Part shown: in pieces, positions 57,701 to 64,000 of the stretch
How the letters are laid out: every line of letters begins with the position of its first letter
Numbering within the stretch: position 1 is the stretch's first letter
DNA from: Antedon mediterranea
Lineage: Eukaryota > Animalia > Echinodermata
DNA: 64,000 nucleotides
NCBI RefSeq assembly: GCF_964355755.1
Contig: NC_092673.1
Coordinates: 24,487,648 to 24,551,647 of the forward strand
Direction: 5' to 3'
Made by a program: the position numbers and the translations under genes
Notes under the pieces: generated by a model
Told to the model about the DNA's origin: nothing
Databases searched by the model: none
Seen by the model: the letters and a program-made list of their open reading frames with translations, nothing else

Positions 57701-60700
57701 AATTTGAAGAAATTCTAAACCGCCCGGTGATATACTGAACATTAATTAGTTTGGAACGATACTTTATTTCTTGAAAGAATTTCATTTAGCTTCGATTTTG
57801 TATAGATGACAAATTTCGTTTTTGTAAAAGCACAAGTTAACGGAGTACTTACTCGAACGTTTCGATCTCTATCAGAGATCCTTCTCAACTGACTGCGGAG
57901 TGTTAATGCAGCTTGGTCATTCTTGACGTCATCTGTTGATGACGTTGTACGCCTCCGGTTGTAGGTTGGAGGTTGTGCGGGGCTCGGCCAGGTGATGTGT
58001 CTATCAAATCATTGTACAAATGCGAGAGTTCGTGGGCTCCAGTGTCCCGGTTCATGGTCTTCTCTTTATTTCTCCTTATATGTAATGATTCTCTAATCTG
58101 TCTGTCTTTGCGTTTAGGCTCTTTGGTTAAGATGGTAGCCTCCCAGTTCGGTACATGATTGTGTTTTATGACATGTTCTGTAATGGCAGATTTGTGTATG
58201 ATCGAAGATGTGGATGTTCTGGAGGCCCTAGTCATTACTCCCCCCGTGTTTGTTGTAACATCTTTTTTGTGATCATTAATTCGTGTTTGTAATGCCCTCC
58301 CTGTTTCCCCAATGTAAACTTGTGGACAGTTGCGGCAGGTGACTTCGTAGATTACTCCACATGTATCCATCTTCTCGATTTTATCTTTTGGGTGGACGAG
58401 GCTATTCTTGATTTTATTTTGGGGTAGGAAATAGGTTCCGACATTGTGATAGGAGAGAGTGCGTCGTATTCTTTCTGCCATTCCTTTTACATAGGGGATT
58501 CCTATGCTACCTCGCATCTTGATCTTTTCCTTCTGTGGTTCGTGTCCTTTGTTCTTTTTTCTTTTTCGGTTTTCCATAACTCTCTGGAAGGACCACTCTG
58601 GATACTGGCAGTTGTGTAACGCTTTCTTGATGTTATCCATCTCAACTTTCCTCAAATCCATATCTCCCACTACCTTCTCAGCTCTGTCCACAAGCGTGTT
58701 TATAAGCCCCAGTTTGTGTTCGAGTGGATGATGTGAGTTGAAATGTAAATATTGGTCTGTGTGAGTGGGCTTCCGATAGACTGAGGTGGTAACTGTTCCA
58801 TTGTCATTGAGTGTGATGAGCATGTCCAGGAAAGGTATTGTGTTGTTTGTCATCGATTCTGTGGTGAACTTTATATTGTCAGTTATATCGATGTTATTAA
58901 GATGTGTGTTAAATGTATGTACTGTACCTATGGGGATGATAGCTAATACATCATCAACGTATCGTTTCCAATACACAGGCTTGATGTTAGTGGGTGCCGT
59001 GTTTATGGCTTGATGTTCGAGCCACTCTAGATACAAGTTCGCCAATATAGGACTTATTGGGCTTCCCATAGCAATGCCTTGTATTTGCCTATAAATGTTA
59101 CCATTGAACGAGAAATAGGTTTTGTTCACAATTAAACCGAGGAGCTCCATTATGTCTGAGCCTAAGAGCCTAAACGCAAAGACAGACAGATTAGAGAATC
59201 ATTACATATAAGGAGAAATAAAGAGAAGACCATGAACCGGGACACTGGAGCCCACGAACTCTCGCATTTGTACAATGATTTGATAGACACATCACCTGGC
59301 CGAGCCCCGCACAACCTCCAACCTACAACCGGAGGCGTACAACGTCATCAACAGATGATGTCAAGAATGACCAAGCTGCATTAACACTCCGCAGTCAGTT
59401 GAGAAGGATCTCTGATAGAGATCGAAACGTTCGAGTAAGTACTCCGTTAACTTGTGCTTTTACAAAAACGAAATTTGTCATCGATACTTTATTTATTTAT
59501 GTACCGATCCCTTATACTCATTTTATTTTGAGTCTTAAGATACTTTTTTATAAGCTTGTACAAATGTTTTACTTGGTGCAATATTTTTGTATTTCGATGT
59601 TTTTTAAGGGGCAATTGACTCTTTGAGTTATAGTTATAGTAATTGTTTTGCTTTAGTTGCCCCTGACCATTTCTGTTCTGTTCTGTATCTGTGTTTTGGT
59701 CGAATAAATAAATGAAATGAAATGATTAAGATAGACATAGACATCGCTTTATTCTATGAATAAAGCGATGATAAGACGATAAGATCAATCTGTTGAAAAT
59801 GAGAAAAGACCACTCCAACATAGATTCGAACTAGGTATCTTCATACAATATATGGCATACCAGTAATTAATATGCGAACCAAAGGTTAATATTGGAATCC
59901 TTTTTTTTTTATCTAATTCGGTATTTATATTACTTACTTTATTACTTGGAATTATTGTTATCTTAGCATTTGCCATTTAGGCCTATCTATTTACACAAAA
60001 AACTTATTTTTCAAAACTAATATTTTATTATTCAATCTTTGCTCACATGTTCCGTTTACGAATGAAACCACACTTATATCGTACTCTCCATAGTTGGATG
60101 TAATGCCACTTATGTTAACGTTTGCTGTTACTAAAGTATCCTGAAAAGTAAAAGAATCGTTGTTGCTGTTTGAAGGTGTATTTTTCTTCAGATTTAAATA
60201 ACATTTACTTAGATACAGTACAAGTACTATAAAGCTCTTTGGCCATACTAAAAATAACAGAAACAATAAGCAGAAGGAGACTGCTGGAATTTGTTGGACA
60301 CTGTCTTCGCAATAAAGAAGAAATCATTGCCGATGTTCTGATGTGTCAGCCAAAACATGAGCTTGCAAAAAAGGAAGACCAGCACTCACACATTTATGTA
60401 CTAGAGACGGAAATGCAGAAAGAAGTGCTTGCAGTCACAATGGCAAAAGTTATGGAGGAATCTAGTCATATAAGTTCGGATATGTCCCGGACGTATTATT
60501 TTTCATTATACTCCCATATTAGGTTGAGGCAGAAACTATGCATGCATATATCATGAATATTCATGTTATAATGTGTACATTATTTAGTTTACTTTTCTAC
60601 AACATAACTGTTTTAATATAAATAAATTGATGTATTCTTTTACTTTAAAAAAAAAGTGACTCAGGGCGATATGATCAGGGAAGGGGTTGGGTGACTGACG

Positions 60701-61342
60701 GTTATGGATCCGTCAATCAATAATAATAATAAACTAAGCACAATTAACCATTACTTTTATGAATTAGTTTCAATCTAATCTGGTAAAATCATGTAAATGG
60801 TATACTCACTGTACATGAATTGGCCGTCATTCATGTTGTATCTATGTATTGTCATACAACAATAATTTATAATTGACTGACAGTTTTCATTCATTTTTAT
60901 TGCAAATATATTTTAATAAAACAACCATTATTATAATTTATACCTATAGTATGGTAATAGGCGATTAAATACAAATATTTCTTAAACCAATGACCTATAA
61001 ATTAGGTCCATGGTTTAACCATCTTAAACTTAAAAGTGTAGAAAACAATAATTACACGATCATTTTAACTTAATGAAAGAGCAGTAAGCACATTCAACCA
61101 CAAATTAAAATATAATGATATACATTGTATATAACCACACTCATCATAATATCAACACTTGTATATACCGCCAAAACATGAGGTCTATGTTGGCAGAATT
61201 TACTTACCGTTGATTTGTATACTGTGTCTGTAGGCCTATGTTCTTTAAAGCATAACATATCATAGGCATTGTTATTAGATACAACAGTCACATAATATAA
61301 GAGAATACAATAAAAGGTCACTGCTGTACAGGATAACATCAT
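51745..61342 (-). CDS. Single-pass receptor: signal peptide, Ig-like region, EGF, 4 Ig, TM and TIR (IL-1R-like with EGF)
   Basis: Well-supported exons (minus strand): 57571-~57428, 57180-56989, 56211-56083 (EGF: CPRSRYGMNCDQICNC..CHSFNGACICPIGLTGETC), 55956-55779 plus 55543-55434 (Ig), 54985-54359 (2 Ig), 54009-53746 (Ig), 53469-53326 (TM VVLPVVAVIVLVMLVLVPVTVY-RHR), 52913-52773 (TIR box1 FDAFISY) and 52079-51745 (SRKTIIVLSPAFVESQWCRYE..FWE, TAG). All phase-consistent. Upstream exons 61342-61208 (signal-peptide-like) and 60140-~60047 are tentative. Confidence 0.8.
52270..52547 (-). mobile_element. tRNA-derived Deu/Nin-like SINE in the TIR-domain intron
   Basis: Minus strand has A box TGGCCGAGCGG and B box GGTTCGAGGC. 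The core ctcggataaggactataaaccgtaggtccagtgtacac is identical to the 2688 copy, but the head and tail differ. Confidence 0.8.
57805..59482 (-). mobile_element. Penelope-like retroelement (PLE), 5'-truncated, with an inverted pLTR
   Basis: Contains an RT+GIY-YIG ORF. 57805-58123 is repeated in inverted orientation at 59164-59482 (319 bp; I could spot one mismatch). Confidence 0.92.
57903..59150 (-). CDS. Penelope-type reverse transcriptase (C-terminal part) plus GIY-YIG endonuclease, 5'-truncated
   Basis: 415-aa open frame with QGIAMGSPISP, WKRYVDD, FLD, VYRKPTHTDQYL and GVIYEVTCRNC..VYIGETGR with CCHH residues. Confidence 0.92.
   Translation of the reverse strand: MELLGLIVNKTYFSFNGNIYRQIQGIAMGSPISPILANLYLEWLEHQAINTAPTNIKPVYWKRYVDDVLAIIPIGTVHTFNTHLNNIDITDNIKFTTESMTNNTIPFLDMLITLNDNGTVTTSVYRKPTHTDQYLHFNSHHPLEHKLGLINTLVDRAEKVVGDMDLRKVEMDNIKKALHNCQYPEWSFQRVMENRKRKKNKGHEPQKEKIKMRGSIGIPYVKGMAERIRRTLSYHNVGTYFLPQNKIKNSLVHPKDKIEKMDTCGVIYEVTCRNCPQVYIGETGRALQTRINDHKKDVTTNTGGVMTRASRTSTSSIIHKSAITEHVIKHNHVPNWEATILTKEPKRKDRQIRESLHIRRNKEKTMNRDTGAHELSHLYNDLIDTSPGRAPHNLQPTTGGVQRHQQMTSRMTKLH
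60248..60470 (+). mobile_element. Degenerate RTE-clade LINE 3' fragment
   Basis: KITETISRRRLLEFVGHCLRNKEEIIADVLMCQPKH resembles the RTE ORF C-terminal pattern I..RRLRFAGHC.R..E....LL.W.P.H. Confidence 0.6.
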
Positions 61343-62089
61343 GAGTATTGATCGACATAGGAACACCTTCTTCTATGAACTGCATATACACTTCCTTATT
61401 GGGTGTGTCGAAAGCGAAGACCTCGAAAGCGAAAATCGAAGACCGAAGACCTCGAAAGCGAAGACCATACGAAATGGTAGTGTGCACAAAATCCGACCAA
61501 AATCATACAAAATTGTGATAACACCTTGAATTTACAGATTCTAAAAAAATATTTCGATTTTAATTGTTACGTTATCAAAAAACATGACTTTATCTATGAA
61601 CAGGCTCACGCGTTTTCACCAATGGAGTTAATATGTGATATGGTTTTACGAACAAACACATCGCGCTATTTGCAAGAAGGACCTCGCACAGAGCATTGAA
61701 TTGAATGCAAAATTAAATGTCACTTTTGTTCCGATAACTTTGTAGCACACGTCGCCTACAATTTAAACCCATAGCCAATTGTTTATAAGTACCTATAGAA
61801 ATAAACTACATAAAGTAAATTGTAAGAAGTAAAGGATGGCGGTAGGCTTTTTTAAGGCTTATTTTAGAGCCTATATAAAAAGTGTCCGTATTTTGATTTT
61901 ATATGTTGCTATGTGTTTTTTATCTATAATATTTGCCTATTGTTTATTATCTAAATGTATAAATAAATACAATAAGATATTCATTTTCCTGTATTGTATT
62001 TAAACTTTTACATTTTCCCATTGTATACTATTGCTGTTTTACTTAATCGCCAGTTTCAAAATGTTTTCTAATGTATTCATAATAGACAA

Positions 62090-63968
62090 ATAATATATCA
62101 GTATCAGAATATTTAGTGTGGTTGGTGAAACGACAGTAGGCCTACTATGTAAAGAAAAATTTAAAAAGGAAAATAAATATTTCATTAACCAACGTATAAA
62201 CCACTAACAAAAAAATCCTGCCACAACGTATCGTATTGATGCGCAACGTAAAGAAAATACTCATCTATCTATTTTGCATCCCCTCACGATCGAAAAGATC
62301 ATTATGATGAACGTAAAGCAGAAACGGTGTGTTGAACACGTCGATTCCAACTTGTGATGACACGCAAGGTTATTTCTTTAAGCTTGGTTCCCACTAGAAC
62401 GTAACGCAAGAACGTACACGCAACGCAAGCGTTTTAACCAATGACAAGCGAAGTTATAGACAGTTAGCAATCAGAAGCGAATAAGCCATCGCTTGTGATT
62501 GGTCAATTCACTTGCGTTGCGTTACGTCCTTGTGTTGCGTCGCTAGACCACGCATTACGGCGCACTTTGCGTGGATACGTTGCGTCGATCTGAAAACAAA
62601 TTTCAGCTCTTAAAATATTTCCCGGGCCGATGACAGTTCGTCCCAATAGCTTACCGTGAACTAACGGAACTTTATTTTATATCTTTTTATTGTCAAAATC
62701 AAAAATTATACTGTATTCAAATTAATAGGCCTACTGTAGAACGAACGATAAGCATCACATTCTGAAGATTTTGCTCGATCGTTAACCCGTTATAATAGTA
62801 TATAATTCTCTTAGATTTGTTTGTGTAGTGTCAATTCTATATTTAAATGGTCAGTATACAACCGGTAACCTGTTTCTTCATTTTTTTTAAATTTATATTT
62901 TCTTTTGTTAATGGCAGGGATATGCAAACATTTAGAAGCGGGACGTCGACAATCTGTTGAAAATCGGGAGACTGTTGAATAGTCGTCTCATCCCACAAGC
63001 CTGTGAGATAGAAGGTTGGGGGTTAGAGTGGTTAAGCCCGATAAAAATTCACCATCCTTAACAAAGACATGTATAGAGAGTAACTCTTTTTTTTGTATTC
63101 ACCACGGGCAATGCTTCAGAAGTCAGTTTTTTTACTTTGATGATAAGGACAATTGTGGTTGGCGGAACTGGAACTTCATTAAACTGTCTGGAACTGGAAA
63201 TGTCTTTTGACAGTGTCGGTAAACGTAATACCGATATAAATAAACACCCGTTTTAATATCGTCACTAATCACATGGCAACCGTAACAAAATCGACAATTT
63301 TGGAGCGAATATTTTTTATTTCAATCTTTGTTTTGAATGGCTTTTGTCTTTGTTAACGTTGACATAATGGCATAATTAAATGTTATTCTGAATTATGGAA
63401 GCCGTGAAACAGATGATATGTCGCAGGAAACGATCGATTATAACCAAAATTTGCAGAACGCTGATTCCTATATCGTTCGTTCTTTTTAGCTTTTTGTCAA
63501 ATCATAATTTGAATATGTTCTGTCAAATTTGGCCTGGAAATATTTTAAGAGCTGGAATTAGTTTCCAGATCCACGCAAAGTGCGCATTAAGAACAAACTT
63601 GCGTGTCCTCACAAGTGGGAACCGACGTGTTCAACACCGTTTATGCCTTACGTTCATCGTAATGATTCTCTCGTGAGGGGATGCAAAATAGAGTATTTTC
63701 TTATGTTGCGCGTCAATACGTTACGTTGCGGCAGGATGTTTTTGTTAGCTTATTCGCTTGTGATTGCTAACTGTCTATAACTTCGCTTGTCATTGGTTAA
63801 AACGCTTGCGTTGCGTTTACGTCCTTGTGTTACGTTCTAGTGGGAACCAAGCTTTAGTTAGTGGTTCATACGTTGGTTAATGAAATATTTATTTTACTTT
63901 TTACATTTTTCTTCTTTACATATTACTGTCGCTTCACCAATCACACTAACCGATACTGATAATATTAT
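62090..63968. repeat. Large diverged inverted repeat (arms ~62090-62785 and ~63428-63968), each arm carrying a Harbinger-like MITE insertion
   Basis: Matching inverted blocks: 62090-62208/63857-63968, 62215-62345/63624-63737, 62560-62637/63520-63587 and 62720-62783/63429-63481. MITE agcttggttcccactag at 62381-62547 and a half-MITE at 63750-63853. Confidence 0.75.
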
Positions 63969-64000
63969 TAATGTCCATTATTATTAGAAAAACATTTTTA

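Noticed and set aside
61408-61468. (tcgaaagcgaagacc)n short repeat upstream of the putative receptor start
   Set aside because: Only about four degenerate copies; likely a TE-end relic, and no regulatory role can be supported.

Overview
AT-rich, intron-rich eukaryotic (metazoan) genomic DNA. Gene and repeat content suggests an invertebrate deuterostome such as an echinoderm, but this is inference only. I reconstructed exons by hand from GT-AG boundaries and phase continuity. Genes, left to right: the last two exons of a stomatin/MEC-2 (SPFH) gene (+); a complete 11-exon SLC27/FATP gene (-), head-to-head with a 4-exon TMEM141 (+); two tandem 12-exon GlyT-like SLC6 transporter paralogs (-); SURF2 (+); and a probable SP-Ig-EGF-Ig4-TM-TIR receptor gene (-). 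Mobile DNA includes tRNA-derived SINEs, several MITEs, a DINE-1/Helentron-like element and a very young Penelope-like retroelement with inverted pLTRs. Between the SLC6 pair and SURF2 lies a ~9.5 kb nest: TIR element > LINE 3' end > decayed Academ transposon > RT fragment. Most notable observations: (1) one SLC6 paralog is intact but has substitutions concentrated at gate and substrate-pocket residues (WRFPY->WKFPY, SAAWGG->SAASGG, WLDAA->WLKAA); (2) the outer TIR element carries duplicated head-to-head Pol III/tRNA-like cassettes, and its terminal repeat runs to ~15 bp before the SURF2 start codon; (3) the EGF/Ig-TIR receptor has a non-canonical BB loop. No database searches or folding programs were run.
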